Notes under the pieces: model-generated
What the model saw: the letters and a program-made list of their open reading frames with translations, nothing else
Database searches by the model: none
Told to the model about the DNA's origin: nothing
Translations under genes and position numbers: made by a program
From: Zygnema circumcarinatum SAG 698-1b
Taxonomy: Eukaryota > Plantae > Zygnematophyceae
Length of the DNA: 64,000 nt
Assembly (NCBI GenBank): GCA_037447605.1
Contig: CM074808.1
Location: 868,001-932,000 of the forward strand
Direction: 5' to 3'
Part shown: positions 1 to 11,181 of the stretch, piece after piece
How positions within the stretch are numbered: position 1 is the first letter of the stretch
Layout: each line of letters opens with the position of its first letter

Positions 1-502
1 AAGCAAAAAAGAAGAGCAGAAAGCATACTTCCAGGGTGAAGGACACAAACGATCACCTGAAATTGGCGAACAAGGAAGCTATCCTTCAAGAAAAGGCCGA
101 AGCATATGCTGCAGAGGGAATCGAGTACGTGCACTTCAGCGGCAGGCAAGCGGAGGACTTAAGGGCAGCGGAGGCCGACGCAGGTCTTATACCTTATTTC
201 ACTCATCTTCGCTTAACTGGATGTTGGCTCATAAACAAGCATGATTACGGTTGACTTGGTTTTAATTTTTCACCACGTGGTATTCAATCAGTATGGATTG
301 TGAATTGGGAGCGCTTTCTATGCGCACTTTTATTCTGTATCTTTTGTGTAAGTTTTTTGGTAGCATCTGCTTCTAAAAATGGAGGCGCACTCTTTACGCC
401 CACTCAGAGATACCTTTTCTGTTTGCAGAGGTGGAGGCCATGGCAGCTGTAGCTCTGTCATTCAGGACAGATCTTCCGCGAGTACTGGTACCAAGTAGCG
501 AG
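1..502 (+). CDS. 3'-side exons of an unidentified protein-coding gene entering from the left edge (partial)
   Basis: An open frame (AKKKSRKHTSRVKDTNDHLKLANKEAILQEKAEAYAAEGIEYVHFSGRQAEDLRAAEADA) ends at a G|gtctta donor (183/184). A phase-compatible exon 429-502 follows (tttgcag|AG...GAG|gtcaga; EVEAMAAVALSFRTDLPRVLVPSSE). No family recognised, and downstream exons were not resolved. Confidence 0.45.
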
Positions 503-2030
503 GTCAGAGGCCTATCTTGCCATTCATTTCTCATACGAATCCTATCAATTAGTCGAGTCTTGCATCACCATATCAAGCAATTCGGGTAGCTTTAACCTTA
601 AACGTCCTGTCAGAATCTTTCAGCAATGGGACAAACTATGGCTATGTCTGCCTGTTTAGGGCGTGCTTCGAGAAAAGGTGAAGCCTGTGTGCTCCTCCCA
701 TGGTCGTCGGCTCTCTCCTGCCTAACAATTCCACAATCTTTCCAAATGTGCAGCTCTCTCCAATAGTCTCCGCGCTTCTGGCATTGGAGGAACTCCCACC
801 CAGCCCTCGAGGTAGTGAGCAACTTTGCTGAGCCTCTCAGCCTCTGCTCAACTGCGGATACTTTCCTGCTTTCTGACGAATGGGAGCTCGCAATGACTTG
901 CATCAGAAGAGCTGCTTGCGGACTGATGTCTCTGCCTCACAATTGCGTGCAGTCCCGTCTCCGCCAAGACATAGCGCGCGGTTCTCAGACGTGGAAGCCA
1001 TTGATTTGGACGACCTTGCGAGTCTCCTTGAATGCGACTGCACGGAGCTCCTCGCTTGTTGACAGGCACGAGGCATCATCATTCCTGATACTGAAGATTG
1101 GAGACTGGCGGACGCAGATCCGTGGCACACTCCTGCGGGCACACTTCTGGTGTTCAAATTTTGCTCCGATATTTTGTTCCTGTGCTTGGACGCCCTCTGC
1201 CTAAAGCCGGCGCAGCTTTTTGCCACGCCCAAGGGCTCTTCTCGAAGGCGAAAGGCACAATTGTTGCGGGGATATCACCGAGAATGTTGCTCTTTGGAGA
1301 GGTCGTTCGCCGTTCTTACTTCTGTACATAACATGTGTAGTTTAGTAGTTTACTGGACGAGTTTTCTTATATTACAGTTTACCTACACGCGAACATCGCG
1401 CAGAGCATGATGTGAACTTCCATAGTTGTGCTTCCTAGCAGAAAATGACTTCACTGCGTTTTTAGCAAGCAGCTCATTTCGTATGCAATGAACAACGCAC
1501 TGCCAAATGTATTATCTGTACCTTTATTCTCGTTTCCCCTTTTTTCTTCTTTTAAAGGACGGAATCCAACTAAGGAAAATAAATCGGCTTCATTTGTATG
1601 TCTTGCAGAATGGCAGTGCAGGCTTTTGGATGATTTGACCTGTCTGTTTTTATTTTTGCATCCATTTTTACACCCTTCCACTGTAGCAGAAACCCACTGG
1701 GGACGAGGGGCCACATCGAACGACAAGGACGGAGAAGGAGGAGATGAGCGAAGGATGTGTGCGAGGGAAAGAAGTGAGACAGGGAGATGAAGACATGCGA
1801 CGAACTGCGGCATTGCATGGCCACCCCTCCATCCTCGACAAGCAGATAAAGCAAGCAACCCTAAAAGGGCCATCGTTGTACTGTATGATGGTGATTTTTT
1901 TTTTTTTTTTTTGAGAAAGAGCGATAATAAACAAGCAGCCATCACACAGGCGTACGGAAAATGGACAACGTGGTTCCAAATCTGCTCTGAACATCAACTT
2001 TTGTTTCTTCATGCCAGGGAATGCAGAAGC

Positions 2031-5000
2031 CTAGCTGCGCCTTGTACGGGTAAAGAATTTGCGCCCTAGAAACTTCAGTCCCTCATCGATAAGAATGACC
2101 GGAGCGGACACCGCCACTATGAGGCCCCACTCATCCAAGTTGAGAGGTACGACTCCAAAGGCCTCTGACAGGGGAGTATACAATATAGCACAATGCAGTC
2201 CCATGGAAACAGTGATGGCTAAAAGGAGCCACTTGTTCGACCAAGGAGGAGTGTGTAGCAGGCTGTTATTTTCAGAGAGGGCATTCAGAGCGTTGAACAT
2301 TTCAATCACGACAAGAGTGGACATAGCAAGTGTGGAGGCTTTTACTTTACCCACTGAGAAATAGTCACAGGGATCGGTGAAAGAGATGGTCTGCGACCCT
2401 GCAGTGTATGGAGTGGGGTGGAAATCGAGCCATAAGGGGCACTCTCCCCAGTGAGTGAGCTGCTGCAGGCTGACTGCTGTATGGCCGTCCCTTAGTGTGA
2501 ACCCGAGGAATGAGTCTGAATGTAAGTACCATGCAGCGAAGACTCCCACGGTTGCAAGGCCCACATACGACCCAACGACGAAGTAACGGAAGAACACCCA
2601 TGGAGTGATGAGGCTCTCCCCCGATTCTCGAGGCGGCCTTTCCATGACGTCTGTGTCTGGAGGGTTGAATCCCAAAGCTGTCGCAGGAGCGCCATCTGTG
2701 ACAAGATTAACCCACAGAAGCTGCACTGGAATGAGGCCCTGTGGGAACCCCAGCAGCGCCGTAAGGAATATGGACACTACTTCACCAATGTTGGAAGAGA
2801 TTAGGTATCGAATAAATGCTTTCATATTGTCGTAGATGGAGCGCCCTTCTTTCACAGCATGCACTATTGTGGCAAAGTCATCGTCAGTCAAGATCATGTC
2901 TGCCGCCTCCTTCGCCACCTGCACCCAGAATCACGCATCACGAATTGTCAATTCTCTGAGGAGAGGAAAACCCACTAAGCGATCTACGTCAAGGACAAAT
3001 CTATTGGTCGAATCCTCTCTGCAAATGTCACTCCTGCGGAGTCTACGCTAAAAGCTTTCCTGCTTAGGAGGTCGTCCTACCTCTGTTCCAGTGATCCCCA
3101 TAGCCACACCGATGTCTGCCAGCTTCAAGGCGGGAGCATCATTTACTCCGTCTCCAGTCATGGCTACGACTTCTCCTCCCCTCTGCAGCATGCGCACTAT
3201 CTCTTGCTTGTGTGCCGGTTCTGCTGTGGAGAAAACAAAGCCATCGCTTCCCCCAGTTTTCGACTTTGACAAGAGAATGTTCTGCCGGTCGGTTTCAGGT
3301 AAGCGCATGAACTCTCTGCCCACAAACGACTTGAGGTCAAGGTTTTCGTTCTCTTCAAAAAGCCCAATCTCGCGGCAAATTGCTTCTGCAGTGTTCTTGT
3401 TATCTCCAGTGATGACCATTACACGGATTCCTGCCCGTTTGCAGTCATCAATTGAAGCTTTCACTTCTGCTCTAGGAGGGTCCTGCATTCAACATGGCTC
3501 TTGCTTTTGTTAGTTTTGCAAAACCACACAGGGCAAGACCTCAAGCCATTCATTGCTTAATCAGGCAAGCAAGCTGAAGTAGCCTTACCTGCAAACCCGC
3601 TAACCCTACAAAGGTAAGGTTGCTCTCGATATCAGCGTAGCTCTCCTGTTTGGTGAGAAGCGCATGTGCAGAGTGGCCCTCCCCATCATATGAGCTGAGC
3701 TCCTTGAGATCGAAACGTGCAGCCAAGGCCAAAACTCGCAGTGCCCGCAAAGTCATCCTTGAAACCTCTCGACTAATGCTTTCCCGGAGCTCCGCATTGA
3801 GAGGGACTACGATACCGTCACGCAACTGAACGGAATTGCAGCGGTCCAGTACGAATTCAGCTGCTCCCTGCAAAAGAGGCATCCCAATTGGTCTTCAAAA
3901 GCACGCATATAGAGAGATGCGACGAGAGAGATGAGAGAGAGAGATGAGAGAGGGATGAGGCCTCGACGGCGATCGATGGCGGAAGAGAGGACGATAGGAC
4001 CAGGACGGCGAATGGCTGCTAATGCTCTTAAGGTACTTCTTAAAGTATGTGTGCTCACTCATTCTCAGAGTCGGGTAAGGCCAAAAATGGAGTCACTTTA
4101 GACATTAGTGCAATCACGAGGCCATTGCATCTGCGTCTGGGGATAGATAAAAAGTTCGGCATCTAGGAATGGCATCAAGTTCAAACTCACCTTACAGATG
4201 AAAACCTGCCGGATGTTTCTTAATCTACATTGATATACATTTCATTCTGAACATAATCTTTAGGGCATATATAGCTGCACATACAGGTTGTGGTATGTAC
4301 TGCATATAAGTATATTGCTCACCTTTACGAAAAGACGATTTCCTTGAAGCTGATTCAGGAACCCTTGCGGTTTCACTATAACGCTCATGGACTTGCGTAT
4401 TCGATCGAATTCTAAGGTGAACAGCTTTCGATTAACCTCAGCCCAATGCTGGCAGGCCCCTGCGACCATCATCCACCATGCACAAACGTCTGAGCTCCTT
4501 CATCACCACTGGAGGTCTTTTGACTGCTATTTTGGTAAATACACAACTTAGATCAATAAGTCATTCTGGTTAAGGACGATAGGAAGACTACAACATTAGC
4601 CAGCCAGAATTGACTGACAGCCAGATGGTCAGATGCACATGGACCTTGTGCTGCTTACCAAGAGATGCCCGTTCAGGATCAGCTCTCCTTGCCGCTTCAA
4701 TAGATCGCTGACGCTCATTATCAGGGACGCCCATTTTCTCGGCTAAAACCTGCAGCATTCACGGATACGATACATACATTTGAACATTGCATCAGAATCG
4801 ACTTGCATGCACTTCAAAAAGGGTGGACCCAGGTGCTTCTAATAAACACATCAGGCTATCGAATAGGCTTCATCCTAAACGTGCGCTCCGCCTATGAATT
4901 GCATCACGTGGTGGTAAGCTTGACAAATCTGTCTTTATATCCAGATAGGCTGCAAATACCTTGAGTGCAGCCTCTGTTGGCATCCCTGTAGAGTTGTATG

Positions 5001-8000
5001 AGCCATTCTTGTAGACGAGGCCAGCGTCATTGCAGATTGCGCAAATCTGCGCAAATGTCTGTAGATTGGCATTCAAAGGTGGCAGATTCTCCACTCTCCC
5101 ATCTCTAGGGTTGTACGTGTTGCCCTTCACCGCATAGTTTAGCAGAGGCACATTCGTTAAACCTCCTGGAACTACAATCTCGGTTACTGACATCTGATTG
5201 GTGGTCAATGTCCCCGTTTTATCGGAGCAGATTACAGTTGTGCATCCTAGAGTCTCCACAGATGGGAGTCTCCTTACTATTGCATTCTCTTTTGCCATGC
5301 GTTGTGTGCCTAAAGCCAGACATGTGGTTATGACAGCTGGTAAGCCTTCAGGAATAGCTGCGACGGCCAGGGCTACCGCAACCTGCAGGCAACAAAAAAT
5401 GTCGGTTACTTCTACTACAGTTTTTTGGTGTTTGATCTTGGTTGCGATCCCAATGGCTTGATAGCTTTCTCTGTACATAAGCGCTTCTACAGTATAGTAT
5501 AATACAGCAAACGTGAATTATCCATGTCCATCATCATGTATCACACCATGCATGTCGCCTGATAACGAGAACTGTTGGCTGGTTATTTATTCCCCTTAAC
5601 AAAAACAAGACGCAGGTATGCGCTTATCAAGCGAAAGCAATCGTCTCACCTTGAAATAATACGTTGCCTCATTCAGGTCAAAGCTGAAGGTCCCTGGGAA
5701 TCCTGTACTGAAGTCCCACGAAATGTAGTATTTGTAATTGATGATCCAAACAAGCACACAAATGGCCCCCACCACTTTCGTCAAAACGTCCGAGAATTCG
5801 TCCAGCTTCCTTGCCAGAGGTGTGTCATAGCTCTCTAAAGAAGCTGTCGCTATCTGTTGCTGAATCTTTCCAATCTCTGCACTCATTCCTATTTCCGTGA
5901 CTATCCCCAAGCAGCTTCCCTGGCTCACAGTGGTCCCTGAAAATGCCATGCATTCCTTTCCTTGAAGCTCTATCTCCTCAAACTCGATCGCTTCTGTTTG
6001 CTTCAGAACTGGCTCGCTCTCTCCCGTCAAAGAGGACTGCGTAAGCCGAACTGTGCCGGACTTTAGCATCACCAACCGGAGATCGGCCGGAACTTTATCG
6101 CCAGGGCGAAGCTCCACAATATCTCCAGGCACTAGCTCCCTTGCAGGCAGTTCTGATATCTCTTGGCCGTCGCGAAGAACCCGTGCAGTCTCACACTGCA
6201 TTAGCTTGAGAGCCTGCAAGTGATGGCAATAGGATACGACGTTATGTTGTGATCACTGTCTAGAGATGAAAATAACTACCAGCTTTCAAGATATAACAGA
6301 GATTCCTCTGCTCGCCGGTGCAAGGAGTTGAACGAGGCTTCATTGGTCGGTCGCAGGGCGGATTGCACTTACCGAAAACATCAGTAAAACCAAAGAGTAC
6401 ATTAACCTCCCAAAAAGTAACCCGTGCTATTACAGAAAGTCAATCCTTGTGGTGTCTCCAGAACAGTTTCCGTTAATCTCATTCAACCGACCTAGGGGCT
6501 GAATTCTCGGTGTCCTGATATTCTCTCATTCACCTAGTCAAACCTTCGCCCTTCCATGTTTGGCTCAAGTAGAATCCGACGTTTACGGCATGTGGAAGTT
6601 AACGAATTTTCTTTCAGACCATGATGCTTAGCGGAGGAGGGGAAGGTTTGTCACTTGGCTTACCTCCAGTGTGCCTTCGGCGCGACTTTCTTGCCACACT
6701 CCAATTACGGCATTCAGAATAATGATGGCCAGAATTACCAAAGGTTCTGTAAATTCCTCTAGGGCCACTTGCCCACCTTCCTCTGCAGTTGTGAGCGCCA
6801 GTATGAACGAGACTAAAGCTGCCAAAATCAAAACTTTCACCAGGGCATCGTCAAACTGCTCCAGCACAAGCTCCCAGAAGTCCGTCCCTTTTGTCCTTTC
6901 TAGTTCATTCCATCCATACATTTCCCGGCGCGTCTTGACATCCTCATCTCCCAACCCTTTGCTAATGTCAACTTCAAAATAGTCAGCAACTTGTTTGATA
7001 GTCCGTGCCCAGGCTGGAAAATGAACTTTCTCATCGTTCGTTTCAGAGAGTGAGTATTGATTTTGAAAGCTCGGATTCTGAATTGTAGACACCGCATCTG
7101 GCAGTCGGTCCTCCTGCACATGAGCTCAAAGACCTGCTCTTCATAGAGGAAGTGGAAAGCATTTCTAAAGCGACCTGTCTGATACATAGGTAGGTACTGC
7201 ACAGGTTCCGAACAACATGCAGACTGTTGGTTTGCTAATCCTTCTTCAGCATACGGAGGAGGAGCCTCTAATATTTTTTGAGGTAATCAGAACAGTATGC
7301 ACTGGGATTTATCAATGCGCAGTTGCAATGTAATTGTCCGATTATTATAAGGCATTCCGCATAGGAGAACTCTGAAACTTAACAAAAGTCATACATGCAC
7401 TACTTTTCTGGATAGCATCTTGCGGATGTCGTTATAAAGTCTCACCGATTTTTCACCCCCCCTGGATATCCTACAGTTCCTATTCATATGAAAAAGAAAA
7501 AAATCAAAACCAGCTATCTTTTGCCTTGCCAAAACATGTAGTGTTCACAACATTCACTATCAAGCGAGGTAAAAAAAATTCCGGCACTCCCCAGATAAAT
7601 CAGCAATAGCTTATATAAAATCTCACCTTCTCTGTGAACTTTTTCTTCTCCTCGTCAAGATTTCGAAGCTGCGCAGTAACTGCCACTTCTGTTGATATGC
7701 TACTGCCCTTCCTGCCACTCTCTCCATGCACCATACACTGCACTAAACCCAGATGAGATAGGATGAAGAAAAACAGGTTGAACACGCAACAGAACGTAAC
7801 AAAATGTTTGTAAGATTAACAAAGGAACCAAGGGATCACACAGTTGAGGCAAGTCCTTATCCACCAGAAATAATGGTGAAAAATCCAAAATTCAAAAAAA
7901 AAAGCGAAGAGTAAACTTCGAAACAAGGAGGTAGACTTACAGAGAGCACGCTCTCAAAGCTCCGTCGACAACGTACTCCAAGAAAGCTATTTCTCCCGAT

Positions 8001-8213
8001 TGAAAAACTATCTTCAGAGTTCGTTTGGTGCCTCAAATTTCTCACTCGGCCTACTGCTTGAACTGACGAGAAACGCGAAGCGCTCTGCCCCCGCCTCTTC
8101 CAAACCTGCCTTTCCAAACACTGAGGATCGCCCGTCGGCAGCCATGTCAGCCAGGTCCTCCGCTCCGACGCTGAGGTCGCTAAGCTGACCCCGCACAGCA
8201 GACAGGTCGCCAT
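2031..8213 (-). CDS. ECA: P2A-type (SERCA/ECA1-like) Ca2+-transporting ATPase with long N-terminal extension; 10 exons
   Basis: Exons 8213-7941, 7737-7627, 7113-6664, 6213-5650, 5382-4960, 4749-4659, 4459-4323, 3867-3589, 3482-3081, 2918-2031 join in frame with GT-AG introns. Motifs: [20 protein letters not shown], phosphorylation site [64 protein letters not shown]. Confidence 0.96.
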
Positions 8214-8538
8214 GGCTGCCTCCCTCCCTCCCTCCCTCCCGTAGCAGAGCGAGTAGCTGAGCAAGGTCTCAATACCTCCTTGGAGCAGCGTCAGCCTCCA
8301 AGGGCACAGCGAGGGGGCTTGCAGATGCTGACGTGTATACGGCTTCGGCCTCGGCTGTGGAAAACCCGCCACGTGGTGTTTTGTACCCACATGACAGTCC
8401 AGCGTGGCGCAGGGGCGGGTGGCAGCAGGAGGGCACGTCCAATTTTTTTGTCGTGAAGTTCAAGGTCGCTCGTTTGGGCGGTTTGTCGGTGGCCGTACAA
8501 GTTACGACACGTCACTAACCACCGTATGGCGCAGATCC

Positions 8539-8685
8539 GACCGTTGGATTAGACCATGGGAATGGTTGCCAACCGTCGATTGGCGACCCACCAGAGGCTA
8601 GCCAACCATTGCCAATGATTGCAACCAATTGGTTGGCGGACCATTTGGCACCAATGGTTGGCCAATGGTCTCCAATCCAACGGTC
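8539..8685. repeat. Small inverted-repeat (MITE-like/foldback) element
   Basis: GACCGTTGGATT (8539-8550) and its exact reverse complement AATCCAACGGTC (8674-8685), extended imperfectly by AGACCAT/ATGGTCT. The interior is built from CCAA/TTGG repeats. Confidence 0.55.
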
Positions 8686-9073
8686 AAGCCACGCTCCAAG
8701 CTCATACATTTGGCAGATAATGATGAATGTTGCGAAGGTTTGGAAGGCGACAGCGATTGCGGATTGAAAGGAACACAAGAGGTGGATGATATCAAGCATG
8801 GAACTGTGGTTTATGTTAGATTGGTACACAAAACCAATTGCACGTCTTCCCTTGGAACCCTATCATGTGCTGAAAGAAAGTCTAATCCTACAAGGGCTAA
8901 CGCAGTCCCGAAACAACTACGTCGCAGATATGGCTAAGAAAACTTCGCACTGGTTCTGTTCCTTCACTGCAAAGAGGCATTGATATGCAAATATCCGACA
9001 CTGCCAGGCATGAAGTAGAGATGTCGAGAAGGAATGCAAAACTGTGAGCAACCGTTGAACATATAGTCAAAAG

Positions 9074-10162
9074 TTACTTGGACCACTTCTTCCAGTCGTA
9101 AAACAAATTTGTTCTTGTCCAGCCTATTGCTGCTGATAATGCCTTTTCGGTTGGCAATCCCGCTTTCTCCAAATCTTCCTTCATCTTGGCAAATGGCTCT
9201 GGTTCCAGCTGTCCCGAGTAGGAAGCGGCATATTCACGAATGACCTGCAATGTATCATGAAGCACATGGAAGAAATCCTCAAAAGCAGAATAATAACCGC
9301 CGCCGCGACTCATTGGTCAAGTGTTTTCCTTACCTCAGGCGTGATTTCAACCTAATGCAAGTAAATTGAAGTACATTGAGTTCGTTTGCCTTTTAGAAAC
9401 AAGAGCAAATCCCATTAGTATCTAACATCACCCCACGCGAACACGACTTGCATGAACAGGACGTGCAAGTCTGATCATAAAGCTCGCATTGATTTTCCAG
9501 AATTTCAGATACTGCATTGACAAGACACAAATTTGATGCTCCTCACGAAAACCGGAATGGAACTAATGGAGTCAAGATTGAAAGGGAAACGGACCTCTGA
9601 GCAAATAGTTGCAACTTTTTCACGGCTCTCCAAGACGACTCCTTCAGCTTCCAAGAGCTTCGGAAAATCCTCACGAAACTTAGAGGCTTCCTGAAACGCG
9701 CTAAAGCAATTTGTACGAAGTTAGCAAAACTGAAAAATGCAAGCAATATTTTAGCAGAGTCTTGAACTTATGGAAACATTGAGTTGTGAAAGCATCGTGT
9801 TACAAGGGAATGCATATCGGGAATGCATATTTGGAATGTAAGTGCTAGCGATGAGCTGGTTCCAGTTCCTATCCGTGACCCTTCACCCTTCACACAGAGC
9901 TAAATGCAAACACCTGCTCTGCAAAGTCTGATAAGCTCATAGTCGGAGACGAGAAAGCCACGCTGTTCGTCGCCGCTGAAGTTCGCCATTGCAACTGGCT
10001 ATGCCGACAGATGCAGTGAGAGGCGGCTGAAGAGTTTCCTTGCAACCTGGCTCCTGCGCAGAACGACTTCGCGGCTCGAGCCTCGGAGACAGCAATGGGG
10101 CGCAGTGGACATGCCAGGGACGAGGAGCTCGCGACAATGTGCTGGGCCATGGAGGCAGCCAT
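9074..10162 (-). CDS. PRIN2: PLASTID REDOX INSENSITIVE 2-like protein, ~171 aa, with transit peptide; 3 exons
   Basis: Exons 10162-9914, 9690-9595, 9244-9074, all phase 0, GT-AG. Ala/Ser-rich N-terminus MAASMAQHIVASSSSLACPLR. Mature part SDFAEQEASKFREDF...VATICSEVIREYAASYSG..EPFAKMKEDLEKAGLPTEKALSAAIGWTRTNLFYDWKKW follows the PRIN2 pattern (EFAE.E..KFR...VC.EI...F..M...L....LP....A..AA..W......DWK.W), recognised from memory. Confidence 0.8.
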
Positions 10163-10460
10163 GGCGGGCGACCAAGAGAGCTCGGGCCCGGACAAGAGGA
10201 CACGTGGCCGGGACAGTGCGGGAAGAGGCGAGCGAGGGAGCGTCGTCTGGGGTTCGGAGGGACGCTGGCTGCCGTCCGATAGGATAACGGGGCGCTCAGA
10301 GCCGTTGGATCGAGCCGGGGAGGAGGAAGACACCGACGGGTCGCTCTCTAGGCGAAGAATCGTCGTCAAGCACCGGAATAATTGTTGGCAACTCGATGAC
10401 TCATGAATGACTTCATTGAAACCTCTTCTTCCTCCTCTTTTTCTTGGTCTTTTGCGCCCT

Positions 10461-10638
10461 GTTCCTCGTGGTTCCCCATGATGCTGATGTTGTCCATGTA
10501 CACTTGATGGCATCATCGCCATCGTGAGATCAATGCCACATCCTTTGCAAGAATCCATCCATCCTGACCAGTTCCTCGTGGTTGTTGTCCATGTACATTT
10601 GATGGCATCATCGCCATCGTGAGATCACTGCCACATCC
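10461..10638. repeat. Local tandem duplication (~70-80 bp units), possibly a reverse-transcriptase remnant
   Basis: gttcctcgtggtt...tgttgtccatgtaca(c/t)ttgatggcatcatcgccatcgtgagatca(a/c)tgccacatcc occurs at 10461-10543 and 10571-10638. The minus strand reads YMDNISIMGNHEE, which resembles a YxDD motif. Confidence 0.55.
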
Positions 10639-11181
10639 ATTCTCCTTCAAACACTGAAATACTTGTTGGAAATTTGATGACGTGTTGAACGTCACCTCCC
10701 AACTTGCGTCGGGTTTCTGGTTTCTGGTTTTTGCGACCAGTTCTTCGTAGTTCCCCATCAGGAACATTCCATTCTTCCTTGTTTCTGGTTCGAGGGATGG
10801 ATTCGGAAGCGACGCAGAAAAACAGCACTGTCGTAGCGTTGCTGCTGACGGTAGCTCGGCCGAACAAGCGCTACATGTAAAAAATATGTAGAATTCTCAC
10901 AGACCACACTCGCTGCCCCTCTCTCTCCCCCTCACGCTCTCCGCCCTAATCTCGTTTCACGGATTTGTGCCCACAGCGAAGGGTCTCCGTACATTTTGCG
11001 TGCCCCCTCGCGCTTTCTCCCCCCGCAGCCATGGCTGCGTGGTTCAGAGGCCCGCCACGTGGCCCGCCATGGCGCCGCCCAGCCGAGCGTGCCTCCCTGC
11101 ACTCCCTTGTTGGCAGTGGAGCCGGAACAAACCCGGGAAAGGAGCAAGCACTCTCTGTGTCGACGCGGGAGGCACGCAGCC

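Noticed and set aside
610-1945. Many overlapping ORFs on both strands (e.g. 815-1204, 1451-1945 with poly-Lys)
   Set aside because: No recognisable motif; the poly-Lys comes from a poly-T tract. Probably 3' exons/UTRs of the flanking convergent genes.
8700-9000. Short interrupted ORFs downstream of PRIN2
   Set aside because: Stops in all frames and no family similarity that I can support.
9330-9351. Possible 18-nt micro-exon (VEITPE) in PRIN2
   Set aside because: The PRIN2 alignment is collinear without it (ICSE|VIREY).
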